The notes: generated by a model from the sequence alone, not told the origin. Numbered from the stretch's first letter, positions 19,882 through 29,654 are shown. The stretch is 55,700 bases of DNA from Minisyncoccota bacterium (GCA_031413715.1 JANOFO010000004.1:1-55700); one strand, 5' to 3'. Translations and numbers: made by a program.

Positions 19882-21009
19882 CTATATTTCAATACTTCTT
19901 CGTACTTCCAGAGCCTTCTCTTCAGCCTCTTCTAGAGTATCTGCGAGCACTGTTATATGCCCCATCTTGCGCTCCGGACGCGTCTCTAGTTTACCATATA
20001 TATGTATGTGGGCGAGAGCATCATCTGGCTTCGTATATCCTCCTGCCAAGAGAGCATTTCCTTCTCTTTCCCCTAAAATATTGACCATAACAGAGGCATG
20101 AGATAAGGCAACAGGTGAAACTAATGGCATGCCAGTAACTGCTCGAATATGTGCTTCAAACTGCGACATGCTAAATGCTTCTATACTATGATGCCCGGAA
20201 TTGTGAACTCGCGGAGCGATTTCATTTACTATTATTTCCCCGTCACTTTTTAGAAACATCTCAACAGCAAATACCCCTACTCCGCCAAGGGTAGTAAGTA
20301 CTTGCTCGGCGATATTCTTGGCATTCACAACGACGTCGTGGGGTACTGGTGCAGGTGAACGAACAATATGGCAAATATTATTTTTATGTATCGTCTCAAC
20401 GACAGGAAAAGAAACGACATCGCCATCCATACCTCTGGCACTAACCACCGCGAGTTCTTTGACGAATGGTATGAATGCTTCAGCATAAAGTGGACTTGCA
20501 GATAATTTTGCAAATGCTTTGGGTATGTCATCGGCATTTTTAATAACATAATTCCCCCTCCCATCGTACGCATCAAATCGAGCCTTCAATAGGAATGGGT
20601 AGCCAAAAAGCTCGCCTTGTTTTTCACAATCACTTTCACTTTCTATTAATGCAAAATCCGCTACAGGTATGTCCTGCGTGTGCAGGAAAACTTTTTGTTC
20701 AAATTTATCTTTTATTATTTTTAGAACTTTTGGTTCTGGGTTGACCGACACACCGCGGGTAATTAGTTCCTCGAGCGCTTCAGCATTAGCGGACTCTATT
20801 TCAAAAGTAATAAAATCTGAAACTTCGGCAAGACCCAAAATTTTGTCTTTATCTTTAAAACTACCAACAATCTGCATATCGGCAATCTGTCCTGCTGGTG
20901 AATTAGGAGTAGGATCAAGCACGGTTACATAGAATCCGAGCTTGTGAGCCGCTTGTGCAAGCATCCTGCCTAGCTGCCCGCCGCCGACGATACCGATTCG
21001 CTGTTTCAT
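19882..21009 (-). CDS. purK: N5-CAIR synthetase (ATP-grasp)
   Basis: IGIVGGGQLGRML start, ATP-grasp core, adjacent to purE. Confidence 0.9.
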   Translation of the reverse strand: MKQRIGIVGGGQLGRMLAQAAHKLGFYVTVLDPTPNSPAGQIADMQIVGSFKDKDKILGLAEVSDFITFEIESANAEALEELITRGVSVNPEPKVLKIIKDKFEQKVFLHTQDIPVADFALIESESDCEKQGELFGYPFLLKARFDAYDGRGNYVIKNADDIPKAFAKLSASPLYAEAFIPFVKELAVVSARGMDGDVVSFPVVETIHKNNICHIVRSPAPVPHDVVVNAKNIAEQVLTTLGGVGVFAVEMFLKSDGEIIVNEIAPRVHNSGHHSIEAFSMSQFEAHIRAVTGMPLVSPVALSHASVMVNILGEREGNALLAGGYTKPDDALAHIHIYGKLETRPERKMGHITVLADTLEEAEEKALEVRRSIEI

Positions 21010-21018
21010 ATCTTTACT

Positions 21019-21540
21019 TTATAGATTATCAAGAATAAAATCAACACGTTCTTTTTTAGTAGCAAAAATAGGTACACGTACGATCATTGCCCCAGTCTTT
21101 TCATATGCATCTACTATAAGATAATGCAGTTTTAGTTGGTCCTTAGGATTTTCTGTTCTTGCATAATCACCCTCAAAAGGACAAGGATCAAGAATAAAAA
21201 CTTTTTTGTAATTTCCTAAAAGAGATTTTTCTAAAAGAGATATGTCTTCTACGTCTAATAATTTAAAATATGCATATGAATCAGGAATACCCCTGTCAAA
21301 GAAAGTAGTAATATCTTTAGATAAAGCTTCTTCAAGTTTATATTTTTGCTTCAATATATCTTCTTGAAATTTGAGTTCATCCGATCTTAATTCTTCTACA
21401 GAGATTCCTCCTGCGAGTTTTGTATCAATGTATGTGCGTGCAACTTCAGGAATAACATTGTATCCTCGTTCTTTTAGACTATCTAAGAGTGTGGTCTTAC
21501 CTGAGCAGGGTGCGCCAGTTACTACATACCAGTTTGTCAT
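21019..21540 (-). CDS. P-loop ATPase/kinase, AAA_28 (NadR-kinase-like) family
   Basis: Walker A is GAPCSGKTT at the N-terminus. The 173-aa protein has small nucleoside/nucleotide-kinase-like size. Function is unassigned. Confidence 0.55.
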   Translation of the reverse strand: MTNWYVVTGAPCSGKTTLLDSLKERGYNVIPEVARTYIDTKLAGGISVEELRSDELKFQEDILKQKYKLEEALSKDITTFFDRGIPDSYAYFKLLDVEDISLLEKSLLGNYKKVFILDPCPFEGDYARTENPKDQLKLHYLIVDAYEKTGAMIVRVPIFATKKERVDFILDNL

Positions 21541-21554
21541 AGTGTAATATTATC

Positions 21555-21587
21555 ATAAAAAGCGACCGTTGAAGCAGTCGCTTTTTC
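21555..21587 (-). terminator. Intrinsic terminator downstream of the HAD gene, inside the pur cluster
   Basis: Minus strand reads aaaaagcgac-tgcttcaacg-gtcgcttttt followed by a T-run. Confidence 0.55.
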
Positions 21588-21593
21588 ATTTTG

Positions 21594-22433
21594 CTAGAAA
21601 GGATATTTCCCCTCTAAAAGCATTTCTTTTAATTCATACCAATGATTCTCATTACTCTGGTCATAGTGGATAAATGGTACTCCTGCATTAGCTGCCATCT
21701 GACCGTCTTTTTCCAAATCATCCCCGGTATAGACAACTTCAGAAGGAGGACTATCTCCATATCTCCATTGCCGAAGGGCAAGATGGATAAGGTACGGGCT
21801 TGGTTTGCAAACCAAACTTTTTGGTTCCAGACTAATACTTCTAACATCGTCGTCAGTCACCATGATCTCAGGACATTCCATATTATGCACTTCAAAAGCT
21901 TTTTTGATAAAGAGCTCATGACCTGAAGAGATGATACCGAAGTCCCCGTAATTTTTCAGAGCCTCTAAGAACTCACGAACCCCAGGAAACATTGCGGGCC
22001 AGATCGTTCCATCAGGGTTTTGCATGCCTATGTTTTTCATAAGATACGAGAGTTTAACTCGTACTAAAAGTTCGGTAAACAAAGACCTTAAACGGCTTGG
22101 ATTCCAATCCAATTTGAATCCTTTACCTTCTGGAACAAGCTCATTGAGCTGGTATCTTTCATCTGTGTTGAAAAAGGACTTGGCATTTTTAATGATTGCA
22201 AGCTTCTCATATCTTGCTATGCCATTATAAAAAATAAGATCAATGACTTGTCCTGGTGCTCTATTTTTCAAGCCTGATTTTTGGAAAATAGTTACTGCAG
22301 TTTCTCCAAAGATATCTAGAAGGGCTTGACTATAAGCTTCATTGACTCCATATCCAGTCGGACCTGGCCTAAATGTGTCTAACGCTGTCCCATCATTATC
22401 TGACAGGAACAAAAGCGACTTTTGTTGTGTCAT
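21594..22433 (-). CDS. HAD-superfamily hydrolase
   Basis: Motif I is LFLSDNDGTALDT (DxDGT) and C-terminal is YTGDDLEKDGQMAANAG (motif IV). Confidence 0.6.
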   Translation of the reverse strand: MTQQKSLLFLSDNDGTALDTFRPGPTGYGVNEAYSQALLDIFGETAVTIFQKSGLKNRAPGQVIDLIFYNGIARYEKLAIIKNAKSFFNTDERYQLNELVPEGKGFKLDWNPSRLRSLFTELLVRVKLSYLMKNIGMQNPDGTIWPAMFPGVREFLEALKNYGDFGIISSGHELFIKKAFEVHNMECPEIMVTDDDVRSISLEPKSLVCKPSPYLIHLALRQWRYGDSPPSEVVYTGDDLEKDGQMAANAGVPFIHYDQSNENHWYELKEMLLEGKYPF

Positions 22434-22500
22434 ACATAATGATTTTAGTTCATAGATACTCTACAACTTAGAAAGTATCAAGTCAAATTTCTTTTGTGGT

Positions 22501-23781
22501 CTATAGGGAGAGGGCTTTCTGCCCAATATCGCGCCTATACTGCATCCCTTCAAATGAGATTTTGTTCACTGCGGCATAGGCGGTATGAATAGCTTCTTCA
22601 AGGGTATTCCCCACTGCACTCACGCCAAGTACTCGGCCGCCATTTGTTACAAGTTTATTATCTTTAATGGCAGTACCGGCATTGAAAACTATAATATGAG
22701 GATCTGTTTCGGCATCTTCTATCCCTAGAATAGTTTTTCCTTTTTCATAATCTCCTGGATACCCACCCGATGCAAGTACTATGGTACAAGCAAATCCGTC
22801 TTTCCATTTTATTTCGAGCTGGGCAAGTCTTCCTTCGATGCACGCCTCGAATATATCGACGATATCAGTCTCAAGCAACCGCATATATGTTTGTGTTTCT
22901 GGATCGCCAAAGCGAGCATTGAACTCTAGAATTTTCGGACCATCTTTTGTAAGCATAAGGCCTGGATATAATACACCTTGAAAAGGCATGTCCTCATGTG
23001 TCATCGAGACAAGTGTCGGTCCCACAATAAGATTTTCTATTTTAAGCATCATATCGTGAGACACAAATGGAAGCGGGGCAACTGTTCCCATTCCGCCCGT
23101 GTTAGGACCCATATCGTCTTCACCAATCCTTTTATGATCTTGAGAGGTTGGAAATAGAAAGTGATTCTTGCCATCAGAGAATGCATGGATAGATATTTCA
23201 GGACCAGTTAGGAAATCCTCTACGACTATTTCTCTCCCCGATTCTCCGAATATCTTTTTTACTAAGATATTTTCTGCTGCAGTGTGTGCTTCCTCATATG
23301 TAGGGCAAATGAAAACTCCTTTACCGAGAGCAAGCCCACTTGCTTTGACAACCTGAGGTCGATCCTGAGATTTCAAGTAAAGATCAGCCTCATGAAAATC
23401 GGTAAATGTTTTAAATGTCGCAGTTGGTAGGTTGTTGCGCTCCATAAACTTCTTTGCAAATGCTTTTGACGATTCTAGCTTTGCTGCCGTCTGTGTCGGG
23501 CCAAATATTTTAAGCCCATTTGCTTGAAATAGATCTACTATTCCAAGGGCAAGTGGATCATCAGGCAGAGCCAGAGTCATATCGATTCTTTCTCTTTGAG
23601 CAAATTCGAGAAGCTTTTCGATATCAGTCGCTTTGATGTCTACATTGGTCCCAAGCTTTAGTGTCCCAGCATTACCAGGCGCAAAGAATAATTCCCCTGC
23701 TTTGGGTGATTGTGCAACCTTCCAACCTGTCGCGTGTTCTCTACCTCCTCCGCCGATTATTAAAATTCTTAATTTGTTCAT
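22501..23781 (-). CDS. purD: Phosphoribosylamine--glycine ligase
   Basis: ILIIGGGGREHA start with an ATP-grasp core. Confidence 0.9.
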   Translation of the reverse strand: MNKLRILIIGGGGREHATGWKVAQSPKAGELFFAPGNAGTLKLGTNVDIKATDIEKLLEFAQRERIDMTLALPDDPLALGIVDLFQANGLKIFGPTQTAAKLESSKAFAKKFMERNNLPTATFKTFTDFHEADLYLKSQDRPQVVKASGLALGKGVFICPTYEEAHTAAENILVKKIFGESGREIVVEDFLTGPEISIHAFSDGKNHFLFPTSQDHKRIGEDDMGPNTGGMGTVAPLPFVSHDMMLKIENLIVGPTLVSMTHEDMPFQGVLYPGLMLTKDGPKILEFNARFGDPETQTYMRLLETDIVDIFEACIEGRLAQLEIKWKDGFACTIVLASGGYPGDYEKGKTILGIEDAETDPHIIVFNAGTAIKDNKLVTNGGRVLGVSAVGNTLEEAIHTAYAAVNKISFEGMQYRRDIGQKALSL

Positions 23782-23786
23782 ATGAT

Positions 23787-24386
23787 TTATGTATTGGATA
23801 ATTTTTCTAAAACTTCTATATACATCTCATTTTCCTTTTTTTTCAATCTCGAATATAGAGATTCAACATCGTCGGAATTTTCTATCTTATCAAAAGTTCT
23901 TCCTAGGACTGGTCCGAAATCAAAATTTAAAGTCAAGAAATGAATTGACGATCCGGCAAAAGTTGATTTCTGATTTAGAAAATTTTGGATGGCCTTATCT
24001 GTTAACATGCCTTTGTTCCAGATCGAATCCGTCCCATCAGGATTTTTAACCGTTCCATCAACTGTGTCTGGAATTAATCCTGGGTGGAGGTTTAAAATTC
24101 TATCAGGATACGTGAGAATTACTTCATCTAAAACTATCTGCTTCCAGCCGGCCAAACAAATATAATCAGGGTTTAATTTTTGCAAAAGAGGCAATAAATC
24201 TTCCTTTTTTGGACAAATTTCAACATTCAAATTGTGTTTACGTGCACGCTCGAGTCCTAGAGCATCAGATGTATCAGAGATGACAGCAGCAATTTCAGCA
24301 CTGATTTTACTACTTTCAACACCATCGATTATGGCTTGTAAATTCGTACCAGTACCAGTATTTGAAATAAGTACTATGATTTTCAT
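23787..24386 (-). CDS. purN: GAR formyltransferase
   Basis: MKIIVLISNTGTGTNLQAII and LNLHPGLIP motifs. I start at the ATG at 24386, 1 nt after the purF stop, not at 24431. Confidence 0.85.
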   Translation of the reverse strand: MKIIVLISNTGTGTNLQAIIDGVESSKISAEIAAVISDTSDALGLERARKHNLNVEICPKKEDLLPLLQKLNPDYICLAGWKQIVLDEVILTYPDRILNLHPGLIPDTVDGTVKNPDGTDSIWNKGMLTDKAIQNFLNQKSTFAGSSIHFLTLNFDFGPVLGRTFDKIENSDDVESLYSRLKKKENEMYIEVLEKLSNT

Positions 24387-24387
24387 T

Positions 24388-25782
24388 TTACTCTTTCGAT
24401 ACGTCACGGGTAAATTCGTTTTCGCGATCAAAAAGATCTATTGGGTACTCCCCTGTAAATGCTGAAAGAGAGAATCGCTCCTTTGGTAGCCCTGTCGCTT
24501 TGACCATGCCGTCGACAGATAGAAATGAAAGTGAGGTTGCCCCCAAGTATTCACAGATTTCTTTGATAGTTTTTTGTGAACCTATCAGATCAACTTGCTC
24601 TGGAGTATCAATGCCGTAGAAATCAGGGAACTTAACCGGTGGTGAACCGACAAGGAAGTGTACTTCTGTTGCTCCGGCTTCAAAAAGCATCTTTACGATC
24701 TGCCTGCTTGTTGTTCCTCGAACAATAGAATCATCTATCACTCCGACACGTTTACCTTGAATAATTTCAGTAAGCGGAAGAAGCTTCATTTTTACTTTCT
24801 TGTCTCTATCGTCTTGGAGCGGTTCGATAAATGTCCGGTGAATATATCTGTTTTTTACAAGGGCCATTTCGAACGGGATTCCTGTTGCTTGCGAGTAACC
24901 AATAGCAGATGGGATCGATGTTTCCGGTACTGGGATTATAATATCAACTTCCTTTGGATACTCTTCGGCAAGTACCTTGCCGAAATTCTTGCGGACTTCA
25001 TAGACAGATTTACCAAGCATATTGCTATCCGATCGCGCAAAATAGACAAATTCAAATATATCGAACTTCGGTTCGCGTTTTTCTAGTATCCTATTTTCTA
25101 TCCCGTCTTTTGTAACAATAATCATTTCGCCCGGATCCACTTCACGCACAAATTCCGCTCCAACAGTTTGAAGAGCGCATGTTTCCGATGCAAAAAAAGT
25201 TTTGTCCTTGCGTTTGCCCATAACAAGGGGGCGGATACCACACGGATCACGAAAAGCTACGAGCGAGTCATTCGATAGTGCCACGCAAGAAAATGCTCCA
25301 GTAAAAAGTGGATATACTTTCTCTACTGCATCAGGAAGACTCAACCCTTCTTTGATATAGAATCCTAGAGCTTGGGCCATAAGTTTAGAGTCAGACATAT
25401 TATCTGCATGTATACCCTTGCTTTCTAAAAATTCTGTAAGAGCTTTCACGCTTGGAAGATTCCCATTATGGGCAAACGCAATATTATTTACAACTATCGG
25501 TTGAGCATGTTCAGATCCTCCTCCGCGAGATGTAGAGTAACGATTATGTCCAATAGCGGCAAAGCCTGGCAATTCCTGTAGAATTTCTTCGGTATATACT
25601 TGACTCACTAATCCTTGACCCTTGTAAGAGAAAATCTCATCGCCAGCTGTTGATGCGATACCTGAATATTCTTGGCCTCTATGCTGAAGCGCAAAGAGTC
25701 CGAAGTACGTCTGTCGTGACGCAATTTCTGAATCACCAAAGACTCCAAATATTGCACATTTTTCTTTTAATTTATCATCCAT
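24388..25782 (-). CDS. purF: Amidophosphoribosyltransferase
   Basis: N-terminal nucleophile context KCAIFGVFG and PRTase motif VGVIDDSIVRGTT. Confidence 0.9.
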   Translation of the reverse strand: MDDKLKEKCAIFGVFGDSEIASRQTYFGLFALQHRGQEYSGIASTAGDEIFSYKGQGLVSQVYTEEILQELPGFAAIGHNRYSTSRGGGSEHAQPIVVNNIAFAHNGNLPSVKALTEFLESKGIHADNMSDSKLMAQALGFYIKEGLSLPDAVEKVYPLFTGAFSCVALSNDSLVAFRDPCGIRPLVMGKRKDKTFFASETCALQTVGAEFVREVDPGEMIIVTKDGIENRILEKREPKFDIFEFVYFARSDSNMLGKSVYEVRKNFGKVLAEEYPKEVDIIIPVPETSIPSAIGYSQATGIPFEMALVKNRYIHRTFIEPLQDDRDKKVKMKLLPLTEIIQGKRVGVIDDSIVRGTTSRQIVKMLFEAGATEVHFLVGSPPVKFPDFYGIDTPEQVDLIGSQKTIKEICEYLGATSLSFLSVDGMVKATGLPKERFSLSAFTGEYPIDLFDRENEFTRDVSKE

Positions 25783-26607
25783 TTATTTTTTGAAATAATT
25801 AATTGCGTTTTTAAAAATTTGAAACCCAGGACCTTCTTTGGGAAGATTTTTTCCTTTTCTTTTATATAATTCTTTTTGCAATTGCCAATCTGGTCGGTGG
25901 TGAAAGAACATCCCTCTCTCTGGATGCGGCATGAGTCCTAGTACTCGCCCATTATACCCCAAAACTCCGGCTATATCATGCATAGCGCCATTCGGATTTG
26001 CTTTCAGATTCTGGAATTTGCATATTTCCCCTTTTGTATAAACAAATGCTATTTGCCCTGTTCGCTTCATCTCTTTGTACTGTTCGCTTTCAATAACATA
26101 GCGTCCTTCACCATGGGCAATCGGAAGGGATATCTTCTTAATATCCGTAAGCCATGGACTTACTTCCCCGCCTCCACTTCGTTTTGGACGGGCAGGCATC
26201 TCTAAATCAACCCATCTGTCTATATATTGGGCGCTTTTATTGTGCATAAGACCTCCAGGAAGAAGTCCCAGATTTGTAATGATTTGGAATCCATTACATA
26301 TGCCAATTAAAAGAGTATCACGAGAAACAAAGGCTTCAAGTTCCTTGGCTAGATGTTTTTTGAATTTATTGGCATAAGCTTTACCCGAACCTGTATCATC
26401 GCCATAGGAGAATCCTCCTGGAAAAACAAGTATCTGGTAATTCAAAAGCATCTTAGGTTCTTTTATCAAGTCATTGATGTGGACAATATTGGCAGAGCCT
26501 CCCGCTTTATCAAATGCAAATTTCGTTTCTTCTTCGCAGTTGAGTCCATAGCCTGACATTATTATTATTTTTGTATTTTTGTTTTTCATGTGATTTACCA
26601 AAATCAT
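25783..26607 (-). CDS. purQ: FGAM synthase, glutamine amidotransferase subunit
   Basis: GICNGFQ (catalytic Cys), PIAHGEGRY and MPHPERG. The likely start is the internal MKNKNTKIIIMSGYG. Confidence 0.85.
   Translation of the reverse strand: MILVNHMKNKNTKIIIMSGYGLNCEEETKFAFDKAGGSANIVHINDLIKEPKMLLNYQILVFPGGFSYGDDTGSGKAYANKFKKHLAKELEAFVSRDTLLIGICNGFQIITNLGLLPGGLMHNKSAQYIDRWVDLEMPARPKRSGGGEVSPWLTDIKKISLPIAHGEGRYVIESEQYKEMKRTGQIAFVYTKGEICKFQNLKANPNGAMHDIAGVLGYNGRVLGLMPHPERGMFFHHRPDWQLQKELYKRKGKNLPKEGPGFQIFKNAINYFKK
26165..26195. repeat. GC-rich palindromic mini-element, copy inside purQ
   Basis: The reverse complement ctgcccgtccaaaacgaagtggaggcgggga shares ctgcccgtcc and gcgggga with the purL copies. 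It is in frame and encodes ARPKRSGGGE, in a segment about 5 aa longer than my recollection of B. subtilis PurQ. Confidence 0.55.
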
Positions 26608-26615
26608 GCTTGGCG

Positions 26616-29600
26616 CTATTTCATTTTATTTGAAAAGCTATGGTATGTATCTTTTAATTTCTCAATATCTGTACTTACAATTTTCTTTCCTTTTTTATCA
26701 GTGATAATGAATTTTTTGCTCTTTGAGACGCTACCTAGGATATCATAAGGAATTCCTTTCATTGTTTTTTCAAATGAAGATTTGTTTTTCTTGGTAACCG
26801 AAACGATAATACGACCCTGACTCTCCGAGAACAGAGCTGCGTCACTTGAGGTAAATGCGCCAGGCAATTTTTTAAGAGATAAGGTTGCGCCGAGCATGCC
26901 ACCGAGAGATGCTTTTGCAAGTGCAACTGCAAGTCCGCCAGAAGTCACAGAGATAGAGGATGCAACCAGTCCTTTTGCTATTGCTTTTTCAAGAGCCTGA
27001 TATATCTTCTTATTCTTTTTCCAGTCAACACGAGGAACATCTCTACCTATTCTAGTAATGTCATCCTTTGAAAGAAGCTTGAAATATTCTGATGCACCGA
27101 GCTCGTCGTTCGTCTCCCCTAGTACGTAAACAAGATCACCTTCAACTTTAAACTCTGGAGTAACTGATTTAGTAATATCAGGAATGACTCCAATAGCAGA
27201 GATAAGAAGTGTCGGAGGAATTGAGATTGCTACAGGATTTCCTTTTTCATCATATCCTTTAAAATCATTAAACATGCTGTCCTTACCAGAGATAAAAGGC
27301 GTGCCGTACCCAACTGCATAGTCGTAGCAAGCTCGGACTGCACCGACAAGCTCTGCTAAGCGTGACTGATCATAAGAAGAACACCAGCAGAAGTTATCTA
27401 GTATAGCCAAATTCTCAAGTGATGCTCCTGACGCAACGGCGTTCCTGATCGCCGTATCTATTGATGCAGCAGCCATATGATATGTATCAATATCAGAGTA
27501 AGAAGGATAGAGACTAGCGGAAAGAACTACGCCTTTATCGGATGATAGAAGCGGCCGGATAACTTGCGCATCGGTATTGAGCCGACCTCTGCCTGATTGC
27601 GGTTTAACGACGGATCCAGCTTGAACTTCATGATCATACTGCTCTGACATCCATGCAAAGCTACCGATATTGCCTGTTTTTAACAGTGCCTCTAGATATT
27701 TAGTTCTATCTATTTCTTTTGGTAATGTGGGATTGGAAAGATTCTTAATCTTTGCTTCCGTTTGAAGCGACCGCTTTGGCAAACCATTATGCAGAAATTC
27801 CATCGGCATATTCATAATCACTTTGCCTTTATGCTTCACTATGCAATTTTTGGAATTGTTAAATTCTCCGATTCGTACAGCTAGTACTCCGTGTGATTCC
27901 ATTAGATCATTGAACTCTTTCCATTTCCCTTTCGGTACTGCGAGAGTCATGCGCTCTTGTGATTCAGAAATCCAAATCTGCCACGGTGAAAGCCCTGGGT
28001 ACTTGAGGGGGACTTTTTCTATATCTACAATCGCCCCGCCACATTCCTTTGCCATTTCAGCGACCGAGCAGGATATACCTCCGGCCCCATTGTCGGTAAT
28101 GCTATGGTAGAGTCCAAGGTTTCGAGCCTCTTTAACAATCACATCGCTCAACTTCTTTTGAGTAATCGGGTCACCTATCTGGACTGCCGTAGCAGGACTT
28201 GAAGAATCCATGGCGACCGACGAGAATGTCGCTCCGTGAATTCCGTCAGCGCCGACTTTTCCGCCGACTACAACAATATAATCCCCTGCTTTGGCTTCCT
28301 TTTGGTGAGCAAGCTTGCCGTTTATTTTTCGAGGGCTAAGTCCGACTGTACCCACGAATACAAGCGGTTTTGCTCGGAAGCGATCATCATACCTGGCAAA
28401 TCCTGAGACGGTAGGAATCCCCGAGCAATTCCCTCCTACATTTACACCTCGAATGACTCCGTCAATTATGCGTTTCGGCGGAAGCATTTTTTGAGTTAGC
28501 TCTTTGTCGCGAAATAATGCTCTCCTATCATCTGCCCGTCCGGATGACCCCGTCGGACTGGCGTTCGGACGGGGATATCCAAAACAGAATCCGAATGTAT
28601 TGCCTACTGGTTTGGCTCCCATACCAAATCCAATCGTATCCCGATTAACGCCGACAATACCTGTAATCGCACCTCCGAATGGATCGAGTGCCGATGGACT
28701 ATTATGTGTCTCAACTTTATGGGTAACGATATGATCCTTATCAAAAATTATCCCGCCAGCATTATCGGAAAATACTGAAATGCAGAAATCCTTCTTGCCT
28801 TTGTCTTTTCGAATTCTATTTGTCGCGCCCTTTATATATGTCTTGTATAAACCATCTTTGATATCATCTATCGAATTAGCAAAGATAGTATGCTTGCAAT
28901 GTTCACTCCAGGTCTGAGCAAGTGACTCAAGCTCGATATCGGTTGGCGAGCGCTTGAGCTTCTTGAAAAATCCTTGGATTATCTTCATTGATTCTAGATC
29001 AAGTGCAAGTGGACCACGGCGTGTATTATCTGCCCGCCCGGATGACCCGTTCGGACGGGGATCAAGTATTCCCTCTTTACCAATTTTTATAAGTTCTTCA
29101 TCGGAAACATCAAGCGAGACTTTTATGACTGGAATTTTCTTGGGGAGTTTTACCTGTGGTACCACAAGAGGCAAAGTGTTGTTTTTAATCGCACTTTTCT
29201 TTGTGATTCCAAATCTTTCAATTAATGGATTGTGGAGCGAGTAGGCAATTTTTTCTATATCCTGTTCGCTTAGCTTACCTGAAATAAAAAATAGCCGTGA
29301 AGTATACACAGCCTCAGTAGCAGTAAATTTACGTCTGATTACGTCAGAGATTTCTTCTATCGCTGTGTGACCGACATTATCTGTGACACCTGGCAGGAAC
29401 CCGATCTCACATATAAACGAAAAGTTGCCGACAGGAGGCAAGACATTGATTGAGGATTTTTCTATTTTAGAATTCGTGAGTGCAGCTGATGCTTGAGAGA
29501 GTTCACCTTTTGAGAGCTTTGCATCTACTAGGTACGAATCCGCCAAGTAAATAGAGGTGACTTTATCTGAGATATCAAGACTATTGAACGATTTTTGATA

Positions 29601-29654
29601 GAGTTCTGCCCGGCTATCTTTTCCATTTGGGGTGATATATATCCGGGAAATCAT
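26616..29654 (-). CDS. purL: FGAM synthase II with N-terminal PurS-like/linker extension (1012 aa)
   Basis: Duplicated PurM-like domains (DNGAGGIS and others), context directly upstream of purQ, and about 170 extra N-terminal residues. Confidence 0.9.
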   Translation of the reverse strand: MISRIYITPNGKDSRAELYQKSFNSLDISDKVTSIYLADSYLVDAKLSKGELSQASAALTNSKIEKSSINVLPPVGNFSFICEIGFLPGVTDNVGHTAIEEISDVIRRKFTATEAVYTSRLFFISGKLSEQDIEKIAYSLHNPLIERFGITKKSAIKNNTLPLVVPQVKLPKKIPVIKVSLDVSDEELIKIGKEGILDPRPNGSSGRADNTRRGPLALDLESMKIIQGFFKKLKRSPTDIELESLAQTWSEHCKHTIFANSIDDIKDGLYKTYIKGATNRIRKDKGKKDFCISVFSDNAGGIIFDKDHIVTHKVETHNSPSALDPFGGAITGIVGVNRDTIGFGMGAKPVGNTFGFCFGYPRPNASPTGSSGRADDRRALFRDKELTQKMLPPKRIIDGVIRGVNVGGNCSGIPTVSGFARYDDRFRAKPLVFVGTVGLSPRKINGKLAHQKEAKAGDYIVVVGGKVGADGIHGATFSSVAMDSSSPATAVQIGDPITQKKLSDVIVKEARNLGLYHSITDNGAGGISCSVAEMAKECGGAIVDIEKVPLKYPGLSPWQIWISESQERMTLAVPKGKWKEFNDLMESHGVLAVRIGEFNNSKNCIVKHKGKVIMNMPMEFLHNGLPKRSLQTEAKIKNLSNPTLPKEIDRTKYLEALLKTGNIGSFAWMSEQYDHEVQAGSVVKPQSGRGRLNTDAQVIRPLLSSDKGVVLSASLYPSYSDIDTYHMAAASIDTAIRNAVASGASLENLAILDNFCWCSSYDQSRLAELVGAVRACYDYAVGYGTPFISGKDSMFNDFKGYDEKGNPVAISIPPTLLISAIGVIPDITKSVTPEFKVEGDLVYVLGETNDELGASEYFKLLSKDDITRIGRDVPRVDWKKNKKIYQALEKAIAKGLVASSISVTSGGLAVALAKASLGGMLGATLSLKKLPGAFTSSDAALFSESQGRIIVSVTKKNKSSFEKTMKGIPYDILGSVSKSKKFIITDKKGKKIVSTDIEKLKDTYHSFSNKMK
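28532..28575. repeat. GC-rich palindromic mini-element, purL copy A (44 nt)
   Basis: ctgcccgtccggatgaccc[cgtcggactggc]gttcggacgggga. It equals copy B apart from one T/C difference and a 12-nt internal expansion. Termini TGCCCGTCC / GGACGGGGA are inverted repeats. Confidence 0.75.
29030..29061. repeat. GC-rich palindromic mini-element, purL copy B (32 nt)
   Basis: ctgcccgcccggatgacccgttcggacgggga has 24 of 32 nt G+C in an AT-rich gene. It encodes PRPNGSSGRADN on the coding strand. Confidence 0.75.
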
